A stretch of DNA of 63,134 bases, filler included, from Octopus bimaculoides (lineage: Eukaryota): assembly GCF_001194135.2 (NCBI RefSeq). It is 7 parts of 7 records of this genome, joined end to end, with 100 filler letters (N's around TTAATTAATTAA, not from the genome) between each part and the next. Parts side by side here need not be neighbours in the genome. Positions count along the whole stretch, not along the records: positions 10,522 to 32,455 come from NC_068983.1; positions 32,556 to 36,517 come from NC_068985.1; positions 36,618 to 47,183 come from NC_068984.1; 4 more parts are not named here. One strand, 5' to 3'. The notes below the pieces were generated by a model. It saw only the letters and a program-made list of their open reading frames with translations. It searched no databases and was not told where the DNA came from. How positions within the stretch are numbered: the stretch's first letter is position 1; the number at the start of each line of letters is the position of its first letter. The position numbers were made by a program, and so were the translations under genes. Shown here piece after piece: positions 25,148 to 38,450 of the stretch.

Positions 25148-25804
25148 NNNNNNNNNNNNNNNNNNNNNNNNNNNNNNNNNNNNNNNNNNNNNNNNNNNNN
25201 NNNNNNNNNNNNNNNNNNNNNNNNNNNNNNNNNNNNNNNNNNNNNNNNNNNNNNNNNNNNNNNNNNNNNNNNNNNNNNNNNNNNNNNNNNNNNNNNNNNN
25301 NNNNNNNNNNNNNNNNNNNNNNNNNNNNNNNNNNNNNNNNNNNNNNNNNNNNNNNNNNNNNNNNNNNNNNNNNNNNNNNNNNNNNNNNNNNNNNNNNNNN
25401 NNNNNNNNNNNNNNNNNNNNNNNNNNNNNNNNNNNNNNNNNNNNNNNNNNNNNNNNNNNNNNNNNNNNNNNNNNNNNNNNNNNNNNNNNNNNNNNNNNNN
25501 NNNNNNNNNNNNNNNNNNNNNNNNNNNNNNNNNNNNNNNNNNNNNNNNNNNNNNNNNNNNNNNNNNNNNNNNNNNNNNNNNNNNNNNNNNNNNNNNNNNN
25601 NNNNNNNNNNNNNNNNNNNNNNNNNNNNNNNNNNNNNNNNNNNNNNNNNNNNNNNNNNNNNNNNNNNNNNNNNNNNNNNNNNNNNNNNNNNNNNNNNNNN
25701 NNNNNNNNNNNNNNNNNNNNNNNNNNNNNNNNNNNNNNNNNNNNNNNNCGACTAAACCCCTCCTCCGAAATTACTGGCCTTGTGCCAAAGTTTGAAACTA
25801 ATAT

Positions 25805-26038
25805 TTATTTCTTTATTGCCGACAGGGAGCTAAGCATAGAGGGGACACACAAGGACAGACAAAGGGATTAAGTCGATTAAATCAACTCCAGTGCGTAACT
25901 GGTACTTATTTAATCAACCCCGAAAAGATAAAAGGCAAAGTCGACCTCGGCGGAATTTGAACTCAGAACGTAATCACAGACGAAATACCGCTAAGCATTT
26001 CGCCCGGCGCGCTAACGTTTCTGCCAGCTCGCCGCCTT
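25805..26038 (-). mobile_element. SINE family B, full length
   Basis: Reverse complement including the tail GGGACACACAAGGACAGACAAAGGGATTAAGTCGAT. Near-duplicate of 26757-26989. Confidence 0.85.
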
Positions 26039-26163
26039 TTGAAACTAATATTAACCTCGTCCTTCAACCGTTTTGATTTCAAATCTTGTTTGATTAATTG
26101 TTCATTTCGTCCTATTATCTTTCCACCTTTTGCGTCGTTATGATTCCATTCACATCCAAAATG

Positions 26164-26303
26164 CAGTTGCGTAGCCAGAGGGGTGAGAGTCCGACCCGGG
26201 CAACGCTTTTCTATGGGTGGCACTTTTGAGTCTGCTATATAATTTTATATAAGCTAATGGGGCCTGAGGTCCCGGAAAGCAGCAATCTCTAGCGACGCCA
26301 CTG
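26164..26303. mobile_element. Small MITE with CAGTGGCGT-type TIRs
   Basis: CAGTTGCGTAGCCAGAG ... CTCTAGCGACGCCACTG. No clear TSD. Confidence 0.5.
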
Positions 26304-26756
26304 CTAAGATAGATTATAGGAATAAAAAATCTAAGCGAGTATCTCATTGGTACTTTATTTCATTGAGCCTGTAAAGACGACAGGCAAATTTGACTTCGGC
26401 AAGATTTGAACTCGGAATCAAAAGAATATGTACTGTCAGGTGCTTTTCTGATTTTCTTACGATCCTGCTACTCCATGCAGAGTCGATATAATTCTTCCTA
26501 ATTTTTGTACAAGGCCAGCAATTCTAGGGGGAGGGAGTAAGTGGATTACATCGACCTCAGTGTCCAGCAGGTATATATTTGATCCACCCTGAACAAATGA
26601 AAGGCAAAGACGACTTCAGCAGAATTTTAACTCAGCACATAAAGGACTAGAAAAAATGCTGTAAAGCATTTTGTCCGACATGCTAATGATACTACCAGCT
26701 CGCCGCCTGTCTAGTCGATATAGTATGCAACGTATAGTAGTCATTACTTAAATGTC

Positions 26757-26989
26757 TTATTTCTTTACTACCCACAAGGGGCTACACACAGAGGGGACAA
26801 ACAAGGACAGACAAAGGGATTAAGTCGATTACATCGACTCCAGTGCGTAACTAGTACTTATTTAATCGACCCCGAAAGGATGAAAGGCAAAGTCGACCTC
26901 GGTGGAATTTGAACTCAGAACGTAGCGGCAGACGAAATACCACTAGGCATTTCGCCCGGCACGCTAACGTTTCTGCCAGCTCGTCGCCT
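26757..26989 (-). mobile_element. SINE family B, full length, consensus-like
   Basis: TATTTCTTTACTACCCACAAGGGG...TGCCAGCTCGTCGCCTT. Confidence 0.9.
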
Positions 26990-27914
26990 TATATTACTTA
27001 AATGTCTATATCACTTTCACCAACAAAAGCTTGGCTTGACCTGTATCTAAAAAAGAAATTAGAATTTTCATACGAAATTAACGGAAAGTAACGATTTGTA
27101 GATTAGGTTTTGTGCTGGCAGAATCATTAGCACATCAGACAAAATACTTAGCGACGTTTCTTTAGGTTCTGAGTTCAAATTCTGTCGAGGTCGATTTAAC
27201 CTTTCGAGGTCGATAAAATGAAGAACCAATCAGTTACTTTAGCTGATGTAATTGAATTTGTCCCTTCCCCTCAAAAGTTCTCTTTCAACTCTGTCACGGA
27301 CCTGGGGAGTGTTATGATCTCGGTTATTTTTACGCCACGGGAGCCGGATAATCAGTCTAATGAATTCTAGGGCACAAAATAAAGAAAAGAACTAACTGTA
27401 GTATGAAAAATAAGTAAGCCACGTTTCCTCTAACAGTAACATATGTGTTTTGAACCATTGAACCAAAGAGCTAATTATGAAAACCGTATTTATCCAGTTT
27501 AATTGTCATACACAACTTAATGTAGCTTCTCAAACCCTTTTGTACTAAGAGTTCGCAAATACACTCATTATTAATGTCACATGCCCTAAATAAGAGACCG
27601 TTTTGTTCTAATTAATATTAAAAATTACACAGATTTAGGGCATTATATCTTATAGACTCGTGATCTTTTATCAGCTACTTGTTAAGGGTTGTGTCGGATA
27701 TGACTCATATTCTACAGTTTATCATCAGAAATATTGTCATATTGAAAGTTGCAGAAATGGTCTGTCAACGCCCCTAGTGTTCTCTGGATTTATCTGTTTA
27801 TTTATTTACTCATTTATTTATTTTGCATACTAGATAAAAAGAGATTGTTAGCCATTAGCTCTGTTTCAAGCATGTGATCCCTTACGACCTTCCAACAGTG
27901 TGTGTGTGTGTGTG

Positions 27915-28232
27915 TGTGCGGAAGAATAGCATCGATTCGATTTCCTGTAGTTAGTGTAGTTTATTCCCGGTTATTCGAGCAGTATGAGGACTTGCGTTGT
28001 CCTTGAGGGCTTGTGTTGTCTTGCTGAAGAAGAGCTCACTTTCAGTTAACCAATGACAGATATTTTTACTGCACAACAGCATACATCTGCTCCAGCAGTT
28101 CCGAGTACAAGTTGTCATCGATGGTTCGATCATACGGAACAACCTCGTAGTAAAATTATCCTCTCATAATTCTACCAGACGCAGAGCATCACTTTGTGTT
28201 CGAAACGCCCATGTTTAGTGACAGGTCCTTTG
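27915..28232 (-). pseudogene. mariner (DD34D) transposase middle segment, inverted relative to its C-terminus
   Basis: KHGRFEHKVMLCVW*N...YYEVVPYDRTIDDNLYSELLEQMY...LLQQDN/KDNASPHTARIT...ILPH. Confidence 0.85.
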
Positions 28233-28459
28233 CGAAACGGAAATCGAGCAACGGCTGCGGCAGCGGAAGAGCGCGATTGCCGAAGTCGACCGCGACGGCC
28301 GGAGGTGCTGGGCAGCCGGCGGACGCAGGAGAGGAAGGAAGGAAGACTGAGAGAGATGTGGAGGGTCGTGGAGCCGCTAAGCGTGCAGCACCGTCGACCG
28401 AGCGCACTAGTCGTCGGGCGGGCGCCGGCTGGATGAGAATTGCACGAAAGGATTGCGGG

Positions 28460-28733
28460 AAAATATCCCCCTCCGATTATTACTTCTTCCGATCCATCGC
28501 TCATTTCTTGCACTCGCGACGCTTCATCAATCAAGAAGAGGTAGAAGCTTCAAAGAAGGAGTTCATCGCCTCGAAGCACAAGAACTACTATCAGTGTAGA
28601 ATCAAGTAACTGACAGAAAGATGGCTTCAGACGGTGCGACACGATGGCCTCTATTTCGAATGCTGGACTGCTTTGGATGAAACATGACGAATAAGGTACC
28701 AAAATATTGCAAAATTTTTGACTTACCACACTA
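28460..28733 (+). pseudogene. mariner transposase C-terminus and probable right TIR
   Basis: SPSDYYFFRSIAHFLHSRRFINQEEVEASKKEFIASK...*LTERWLQTVRHDGLYFE, then ...TTTTGACTTACCACAC followed by TA. Confidence 0.85.
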
Positions 28734-28737
28734 TATA

Positions 28738-29082
28738 TGCTGAGACCCCCTTCAGTCATGATTGACCATGGGATTGCACCTAGAAAGTTACCCTCCCAGG
28801 CACAAGTCCGGGCAAGGTTGTTTATGGAAGATCAGCAGTCGCCCATGCATACCGGTTCCCTCTCTCTACGTCACGCCACCAGTGTTATCCAAGGGAAAGG
28901 CCAAGGCCGATACAGCTTGGCACCTGTGACGTCGCAACTCATTTCTACAGCCGAGTGAAGTGGAGCAACGTGAAATAAAGTGTCTTGCTCAAGAACACAA
29001 CACGCAGCCCGGTCCGGGATTCAAACTCACAACCTCGCGATCGTAAGCTCGACGCTCTAACCACTTGAGCCAAGCACCTTCA
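28738..29082 (-). mobile_element. tRNA-derived SINE, family D
   Basis: Minus head GGCTCAAGTGGTTAGAGCGTCG (A box), GAGTTTGAATCCCGG (B box), then GTTCTTGAGCAAGACACTTTATTTCACGTTGCTCC. Confidence 0.8.
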
Positions 29083-29093
29083 CACAATATATA

Positions 29094-29146
<53 letters not shown>

Positions 29147-29632
29147 ATATATANNNNNNNNNNNNNNNNNNNNNNNNNNNNNNNNNNNNNNNNNNNNNNN
29201 NNNNNNNNNNNNNNNNNNNNNNNNNNNNNNNNNNNNNNNNNNNNNNNNNNNNNNNNNNNNNNNNNNNNNNNNNNNNNNNNNNNNNNNNNNNNNNNNNNNN
29301 NNNNNNNNNNNNNNNNNNNNNNNNNNNNNNNNNNNNNNNNNNNNNNNNNNNNNNNNNNNNNNNNNNNNNNNNNNNNNNNNNNNNNNNNNNNNNNNNNNNN
29401 NNNNNNNNNNNNNNNNNNNNNNNNNNNNNNNNNNNNNAAGTATTGAATGTCTTATTGAATATATGGAATATGTCTTATTGAATAGATGAAATATTGAGTG
29501 TTCAATATAAAGGATCAAATATATAAAGGCGAATACGTATTTTCTATACCTTGTGGTATTTCATCATGGCCGGTATGACAGACTTTAACAGACTATATAT
29601 ATATATATATATAGTATATGTGCTTATACAAA

Positions 29633-29671
<39 letters not shown>

Positions 29672-30345
29672 ATATATACGTACAAACATATAATCCTGTC
29701 ATACACAGACAGACAGACAGACAGATAGATAGAAAAGGAAAATGAAACATATGGTATCATGTAAGCCTAGGTTTGAAAAAGAAAAGACAGGATGGCCACG
29801 GCTCGAGAGCTTTTGATGATAAAAGGTTTACACGATAAGAGCTAATCTGGAACTAAGCAACAGCCATCACAATCACCACCAACAAATATCAAACCAACCA
29901 ATCAAATGCTCTCAAACGTCCTGGATTATGCAGAAAGAAACCCGTTTGTAAAGAAACCCAGATTTTATGGTAGGGATTGACTGCAATCCTTAACAAAGAC
30001 TTGAGCAGCAGCAACGCAAAGCAAAGCAATTAGTTGCAAAATATGTGGGTACCTGAAATATGCAATGCTGTGTGATTTATTACGAAAACGCCTTTCTCTG
30101 GAAACATCTCAGATTTCAACAATTATGATTTCAGTGTAAGTTACACTTCAATCTAGCTTGATTCCATTGTCTGCTGCTTATAAGAGATTTGTGCACATAA
30201 CCATTAATGTTTCTATCTTCTTATCTTGTCTTTCTTTCTTCTCATCTTTCTTTCTTCCGTTCTCTCTCTCTCCCTCTCTCCTCCCATTTTCCCACCACGC
30301 TTTCTTTTCTTTCTTCGGCTTCATTCTCCCTTTCTCATTCGTTAC

Positions 30346-30405
<60 letters not shown>

Positions 30406-30525
30406 TTCTCTCTCCCTCACTATACATGCATACACACACATATATACACAAACACACACACACACATACACACATATATATACACACACACACATATATT
30501 CCTCTCTCTTCTGTCTATCTATCTA

Positions 30526-30570
<45 letters not shown>

Positions 30571-30766
30571 ATACATGCATATATATATATATATATATAT
30601 ANNNNNNNNNNNNNNNNNNNNNNNNNNNNNNNNNNNNNNNNNNNNNNNNNNNNNNNNNNNNNNNNNNNNNNNNNNNNNNNNNNNNNNNNNNNNNNNNNNN
30701 NNNNNNNNNNNNNNNNNNNNNTATCTATCAATTTGCCTACCTACCAGCCTGCCAACCTATTTATCC

Positions 30767-30813
<47 letters not shown>

Positions 30814-31358
30814 CATTTCTCGTCCTTTCCTTTCTTCCTTCGATCTTTATAAATTTATCTATTCTACACTTGCTTGCTATTTTACTTGCTTTTCTTGTTC
30901 TCGTTGTTAGTCATTCTTTTCTTTCATTTTTTTTTCTTTTTATCATCATTCATTTTTATCTTCATTTTCCGCTGCTTTCTCTTTCTTTTCCTTTTTTATA
31001 TTTTTCATTTTTTTTCTCTCTCAAAGTTGGTTGGCATTAAGTAGAGTGAAATAGAAGTAGTAATATATCTAATTGACGAGGCTGTATCAAATGTACGAAA
31101 AGTCGATATATACACCGTAATGATTGACTTTCAATTCAAATTACGCCATCTGCTCTGCAAATGGCAATGTTTCTTATTCTACTTACTATCGCAAAGCATG
31201 TCTCTTATTTATTCTACTGATCAAAAAGATTTACTTGAAATCGATAATATTTCCTGATACGCTTTTTCCAAACAAGTCCTTCTTCTTGTCCTCGGCTGCC
31301 GATTTTGATGATGATCGACCGTAAACCACGATTACGCATTGTGGTGTGTGTGTGCGTG

Positions 31359-31389
<31 letters not shown>

Positions 31390-32274
31390 TGTTTGCTGGT
31401 CTTAATTTAGGTTAATCGAATCGTTAAAGGAAAGGCCAAAGAAATAACCGTTTGTTTTGGCATTTTTCTTTTCGTTCTTTTATCTTTGTCATTATTTATT
31501 TTTCCTAATTTATATTTTGCTTTCCCGCTCGTTGTTTCCAACCACAATCATATTTGGCAAATTTTCTTCCAAAACTAAGAGAGCAAATATCTGTAATTAC
31601 GGGCCGGTATTATTCGACGATCTATATTACATTCAACAAGAAATATATGTTTATAAGTTATTTTAACAAAGGATAGTTTACAAATAAATCGGAATAAATC
31701 GGAAACAACGTCTTTGTGCGAACATATTGCGCCGTGTGACTTTAATTTAACCAATCATGCAACTCAATATGTTATTGTAATCAAGATGAATAATTAAATA
31801 CAAGACTCCAATTTCCCTGTATTTGTTGGAAGTTGTTTGTTGATTCGCTTGTTTTGTATTGTTGCTTTTGTACTTTGTTCCATATTTTCTCTTCTTTCTT
31901 CCTGATTAAATTATGGTTTTCTTCAAGATGAAAATAACAGCCGAAGCAAAGCCAGTTGGGACGTCGTTAACACTTCCGTTGCTGGCAATTCGCATGCTGC
32001 ACGCCGCCCACCTCACATCGCGATCTTGGAGATGTATATGTTATGCTAATATATTCATTCTAAAAGTACGAATATAAACTAAAAAAAATCAACAAAAAAA
32101 AGAAAGAAACGTTCTATGTAAGTAACATTCATTGCATACATGGATGCATTTTTCTCTCTCGATACATATATGTATACACAAACATATTTATTTATACAGA
32201 GAGAGGGGAAGAAAAGAGACATATAAACACACGGAGATAAATACATACATACACTCACACATATAGATAGATAA

Positions 32275-32349
<75 letters not shown>

Positions 32350-33141
32350 TGTTTCTTTATTAGCCACACAGGGCTCAACATAGAGGGGACAAAATACAAA
32401 TGTAGAGTTTTTCTTTTCGATGGGGACAAAAATAAAGTAAAAAAATAAAATGGGGNNNNNNNNNNNNNNNNNNNNNNNNNNNNNNNNNNNNNNNNNNNNT
32501 TAATTAATTAANNNNNNNNNNNNNNNNNNNNNNNNNNNNNNNNNNNNNNNNNNNNATATATAAAAGTAAATGAGTATATGCATATATACGTACAGGTATG
32601 TGCATACCGACATCCACCTGTATGTATAGGTGCATATATGGGTACAGGACATTGCAAACAAACGTAGACGAGAACACACGAGCCACATAGAGAACATTGT
32701 ACTTCATCAGCTACCCACGTTTTAACACCGGCCTTTCGACGAGCTTCGGGCAGGACGCATCGTTAAAACGGCTCGTCCCATGGATCGCAGATTAAATTTG
32801 TATACGCAAATTAAATCTAGCCATGGAGGATATATATATATGCTTCTGTTTATGTACATGATTTTTTTACATCTATATTTATGTATATTTATTTCTGTAG
32901 GTGTATATACACGAGTGCTTGTGTTAGTGTATTTATGTTTGTGTATGGTTTTGTCTGTGCGTCTATATGTATCTGCATTCATGAATGCATGTGTATGAGT
33001 GCATGTATGTGTATGAGTGTGCACATACGCGTATGAGTGTGCACATACGCGTATGCGTGTACATGATGGCTTATTTATCAACGTGTTTATGCGTACGGGC
33101 ACAAACACGGCTCTGTATAGACACAGGTATAGCAGTATATT

Positions 33142-33490
33142 GGTGAAGTCATGGGTGTGTATATGTAGTTAAGAAGCTCACTTTGCAACCATGCTGTTTC
33201 AGGTTCAGTTCCAATGCACAGTACCTTGGATAAATACCTTCTTCTATATCCCTGGGTTAACCAATGCCTGATGAGTGAATTTGGTAGATGGAAGTTGTAT
33301 GGAAGCACATCGTATATGTGTGCGCATGTATGTGTGCATGTACATGTGTGTGTGTATATGTGTCAGTCTTTTATTGTTTTGTTTGTCTTCCTGCCACTTT
33401 ACAAGTGGTGGTGTTGGTTTATTTATGTCCCTGTAGCAAAATGGTTTGGCAAAAGAGACCAATATAATAAGCACCAGATTTAAAACAATA
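33142..33490 (+). mobile_element. SINE family A, diverged
   Basis: Degenerate head CAGGTTCAGTTCC...GCAGTACCTTGGATAAATACCTTC, with microsatellite and tail. Confidence 0.7.
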
Positions 33491-33504
33491 AGAACTATCT
33501 TTTA

Positions 33505-33912
33505 TTTTTCACCTTTTACTTGTTTCAGTCATTTGACTGTGGCCATGCTGGGGCACCTCCCTGAAGGGTTTTAGTTCAACAATTCAACCCCAGTTCTTAT
33601 TTTTAAATCCTAGCACTCATTTATCAGTGTCTTTTACCAAACTGCTAAGTTAAGGGGACATAAACACACCAAAAAAGGTGGGGGACAAGTAAAGGTGGGG
33701 GACAAACATAGGCATAAAAACATACACACATACATATATACATATATACACGTGATGGGCTTCTTTCAGTTTCCATCTACCAAATCCACTCACAAGGCTT
33801 TGGTCAATCCAAGGCTATAGTAGAAGACACTTACCAAAGGTGTCATGCAGTGGGACTGAACCCAGAACCATGTGGTTAGAAAGCAAGCTTCTTACTACAC
33901 AGCCATGCCTGT
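33505..33912 (-). mobile_element. SINE family A, tail-to-tail with the previous copy
   Basis: TTTTACTTGTTTCAGTCATTTGACTGTGGCCATGCTG...CTACACAGCCATGCCTGTGCCT. Confidence 0.8.
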
Positions 33913-34184
33913 GCCTAGGGTTGATTTTTTTTTTTAATAGACTCTTCATGGACTTGCTCCAGCATAGCCACAGTCCAATGACTGAAGCAAACAAAAGATA
34001 AAAGATTTACATATATACATTGATAGTATACTACTATAGCCTCATCGTGACTAAAACCTTCTGAGTGGTTTAGGTAAAAGGAATCTGAAAGAAGCCCATC
34101 ATGCATACATGTATGTATATCTTTGTGTGTGTGTCATTATGTGTATTTTTCTCTCACCACCACTTGACAGTCATCGTTGGTGTG

Positions 34185-34412
34185 TGAGCTGCCAGAAACG
34201 TTAGCGAGCCAGGCAAAATGCTTAGCGGTATTTTGTTTGCCATTACGTTTTGAGTTCAAAATCCACCAACGTCGACTTTGCTTTTCATCTTTTCGGGGTC
34301 GATAAATTAAGTACCAGTTACATACTGGCTGGGGTTGATGTAATCAACTTAATCCTTTTGTCTGTCCTTGTTTGTCCCCTCTATGTTTAGCCCCTTGTGG
34401 GCAATAAAGAAA
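34185..34412 (+). mobile_element. SINE family B inserted within a family A copy
   Basis: Family B sequence lies between TCATCGTTGGTGTG (34171) and the similar TCATTGTTGGTGTG (34417), inside a family A tail. Confidence 0.65.
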
Positions 34413-34786
34413 TAAGTCATTGTTGGTGTGTTTAAGTCCCTTAAACTTAGTGGTTCAGTAAAAGAAACTGAAATAATAAGTATCAGACTTTAAGAAAAAG
34501 TAAGTATTGGGGTCAATTCATTCGACTAAAATTCTTCAAGGCATTGGCCCCAAAACAAGTGAAAGATAGAAGATAAAAGGTATATGTGTGTATGGTTTTC
34601 TATATGTCTCTATGTGTTTGTGCATGTGTATGCGTATAAGCATGTGTGTACACAAGTACATGCACAAGTGTGTGTGTATGTGTGTGGATGTGCACACGTG
34701 TATGTGTGTACACATATGTGTTTGTGTGTGCACAAGTGTATGTGTGTACACACGTGTTTGTGTGTGCACATCTGAGTATGTTTGTA

Positions 34787-34827
<41 letters not shown>

Positions 34828-36049
34828 CTGTGTGTGTGTGTGTGTGCACGCTTGTGTGTGTAATACGTGCATTTTAAAGTCATTCCATCCAACAGGTATT
34901 TCCTTGTTTCTCTCAGCACACCATACAACTATATACAATTGAGAGGCCCCTTTCCTGTTTATTCAGATTTTTGGAAGGGTTTTCAAAATATTCCTTTCAT
35001 CACCATTTCTTCCTCTCTCGTTATAAATTTCTCTCCTCAAAACAAACCAAAAACAAACTAAGAATTCTCTTTCATATATTTTCTCTGAAAACCATTTCTA
35101 AGATATGTTCTGCCATTTTATTCAGTTCAAAATAATTCCTTAAAGGACNNNNNNNNNNNNNNNNNNNNNNNNNNNNNNNNNNNNNNNNNNNNNNNNNNNN
35201 NNNNNNNNNNNNNNNNNNNNNNTAAAGGACATTCATTTATTCATTTATTTATTTTCTATTCATCTATTTAAATATTTATTTATTATATGTCTTTTAATTT
35301 CTTCACTGTCAGTTCATAGAAGTATGGTACTTACTTTTCAAAATTGATAGGTCTTAGAAGAATTCTTTGAAAATAGTTTTATTTTTATTTTTACCGTTGT
35401 TTATTCTATTTTATTTACTTGACCAATTTTCATTATTCTTAGATCTGTTTTTTTTTTTTGTTTCTTTCATCATAATTTTTTCTGTTGAAGATTTATTATT
35501 AACAATGGCATAAATGGTGAGAAGCACAAAGAAAAGCCGTTCTATCCAACTTGCTACTTCACTAGAAACAATGCAAGAAAGAAATGCAATCACACTAAAA
35601 AGGTGGAGCCCCAGCATGGCCTCAGCCTCTGGCTCAAACCACTATTCTTTGATTCTTTTACTTGTCTCAGTTATTTGACTGTGGCCAGAACTTATTCTTT
35701 GTAAGCCTAGTACTTATTCTATCAGTTTCTTTTCCCAAAGAACCTATTAGGTTCACACTCATTTTGAGGTTTCGAGGATGTCTCTTCACCCGAAAGAGGA
35801 TAGAGGAAAGGTCCACAGAGAATCCAGGGGGATTTGGGTAATAGAAAATACAGGATTTGGGTAATAGAAAATACAGGAGGATCAGTTCACTATCATTTTA
35901 TTCAACATATTCTGCTCTCAGAGTCACACACTTATTGCAGTGGTCCTTCTGTTCTTTCTAAACCCTTTTGCGATTGCCGTGCTCCCTATCTCATATAACA
36001 TATAATATATATATGTTCTTTCTGAAGAAAGAATTATCTTCTCTTTCTC

Positions 36050-36262
36050 TTTATTTGTTTCAGTCATTTGACTGCGGCCATGCTGGAGCACCGCCTTTAG
36101 TCGAGCAAATCGACCGCAGGACTTATTCTTTGGATGCCTAGTACTTATTCTATCGGCCTCTTTTGCCGAACCACTAAGTTACAGGGACATAAACGCACCA
36201 CCATCGGTTGTCAAGCAATGTTGCGGGGGACAAACACAGACATACAAACATATACACACGCA
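36050..36262 (-). mobile_element. SINE family A tail
   Basis: TTGTTTCAGTCATTTGACTGCGGCCATGCTGGAGCACCGCCTTTAGTCGAGC... Confidence 0.85.
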
Positions 36263-36289
36263 CATATATATATATATATATATCATCAT

Positions 36290-36517
36290 CATCATCATCA
36301 TCATCGTTTAACGTCCGCTTTCCATGCTAGCATGGGTTGGACGATTTGACTGAGGACTGGTGAAACCGGATGGCAACACCAGGCTCCAATCTAATTTGGC
36401 AGAGTTTCTACAGCTGGATGCCCTTCCTAACGCCAACCACTCAGAGAGTGTAGTGGGTGCTTTTACGTGTCACCCGCACGAAAACGGCCACGCTCGAAAT
36501 GGTGTCTTTTATGTGCC
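36290..36517 (-). mobile_element. Family C RTE-related tail
   Basis: (CAT)n CGTTTAACGTCCGCTTTCCATGCTAG..., the reverse complement of 6900-7145. Confidence 0.8.
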
Positions 36518-36639
36518 NNNNNNNNNNNNNNNNNNNNNNNNNNNNNNNNNNNNNNNNNNNNTTAATTAATTAANNNNNNNNNNNNNNNNNNNNNNNNNNN
36601 NNNNNNNNNNNNNNNNNTATACTTGCTTGGAAACTGATA

Positions 36640-37700
36640 CGTCGCGTTCAATCAAATAATAATAAATAATCCAAGAGTATCCAAAATTATCCAGGTATGA
36701 GTGGAAAATTAAGCGTAGCGTAAAGACATAATAGAAATAGACGGATGATTTAACTGGTTTTGTTAGAATTGTTTCGCTAGGAATCTTTATGGAAAGTAAC
36801 ATAATACAACTCTTTAGATTGCGTAATATTTTACGTAACCCCCAATTCGTCAGTCTACCAAATAAACAGGCGGGCATTGACTTATCCATTAATGAACACA
36901 TCATCAAGTGAAATTTCTGATCAGGATTACCAATATTTAAGAAATTTAAGGTAGGCGTGTCTCCAGCCTACGAATCTAGATGAGAAGATAGTGGAATGAG
37001 GTCGTAAATATAAGGAAAGGTAAGAAATTCTCAAGAAAACTGAACTGCAGAAGGTTTTTAGAGGAGAAACCCACCTCAGGAAAGTGTTTCGGCCCTTAAT
37101 TTCTTACACTCTAAGGGGATAGGCCGCATCCAGGTCATGCTGATATACTTGTTAATTGCTTGGATATTAGATACTTGTTCACTAAGAGCACTTGGAGATT
37201 TCATCTAGTTGAAACTCCTCTCTGTCGACTGCTACCACAATGACTCGCTCAGAGTTACTTAGCGTTAAAATACAAAAAATGCCTCCAAACGATATGGAAG
37301 TCGTTTTTGTTTTCTCCTCAACCAGATTCAGCTGGAATACCTCTCCCCCGTCTCTCTTATTGCTTTCAGGGCTTCGGTCCTGTCCCCTCCGGATCGTAAG
37401 CAGATTTACCCACAAATCCTCTGACTCCGACTTCTATGGCAAGAACCTTGAACTGGAACTTAGCTTCCCTCAGGCTGTTGACCAAAACTGGCGTATTTTT
37501 CGGTATTGAACACATGCACTTCTATTCTACTTTCAAATAGCACAGTGAGTTCAATCAAATTCAGTTACTTTGATGAACTGGAATGAAGTACGAATTTCGT
37601 CTTCAAGCCACTCTTCATGATGATTTCTGACTGTTTTGTTGATCCTGTGAGGTTTACCGAGCATTCCCAGTTTCCGTCCCATGGATTTTACTTTTGTATT
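36640..37700 (+). pseudogene. Decayed Penelope-like RT remnant
   Basis: In expected order: RNPQFVSLP (cf. PxLYGLPKxHK), GVSPAY, LDIRYLFT (cf. FDVxSLFT), and LELEL...WRIFRY (just before YVDD). Heavily degenerate. Confidence 0.5.
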
Positions 37701-38304
37701 AAATGCATTAATATAAAATGTGAAAGTTAATTAAATTACAGATTAAAAGCAATTCTGGTAATGTACACATTATCGACCGCACATACACAGTGTATATAGT
37801 GTATATATTTCGGTTCGGTTGATCCAAGTCCGTGATATTGATAAGCCACAATGATAGCAAAGTATCCATTATTGAATCTCAGATTCAATCCGAGGTAAGT
37901 TGTCTCGCCTAGTCTATAACATTCAGGTGTATAAACAAAATACATACACTGTATGTGCGGTCGAGAGTGTTTACATCATTAGAGTTGCTTTTAATTCGTA
38001 CTTTAATAAGTGTTTGTGTAAATGTATGTATGTATGTATGTATCCATTTATGTGTGTGTATTAGTCTCTGGGCGTAGTTTCCCACTCTCAAATTCATCAA
38101 ACTGTATTAAGTGATATATGATTCAATATTTAACCAATTTTATGAATTGTTTGTTCAAGCGTTATTGCAGGTATGGATTATATACGTGTGTGTCAATATA
38201 TAGGTTTGGTACAACAACCCACGCACGTACACACACAAAACACACACACTCATACATACATACATACATACATGCATGCATACATACATACATACATACA
38301 TACA

Positions 38305-38450
38305 TAGAATTCTCTGCATTCAATAAAACAGTGGCTTCCAATATGTTTGCAGTGCCAGTACTCATACTAACATTTGGGCTGCTTGATTGGACGCTTGATG
38401 AGTTCTGAGCAATTGATGGGAAAATCCAAAAGATCACACAAACAGGACGT
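38305..38450 (+). pseudogene. R4/Dong-like non-LTR retrotransposon fragment
   Basis: FSAFNKTVASNMFAVPVLILTFGLLDWTLDEF*AIDGKIQK resembles AVPVLTYxFGxxxWT..E...ID.K.RK. Confidence 0.45.

Noticed and set aside
28196-28609. 137-aa ORF
   Set aside because: A chimeric read-through of the GC-rich insert into the mariner C-terminus, not a host gene.
35769-35790. Minus-strand GTGAAGA-GACATCCTC-GAAAC
   Set aside because: C3 is replaced by G and there is no cleavage triplet or stem I. At best a dead remnant.
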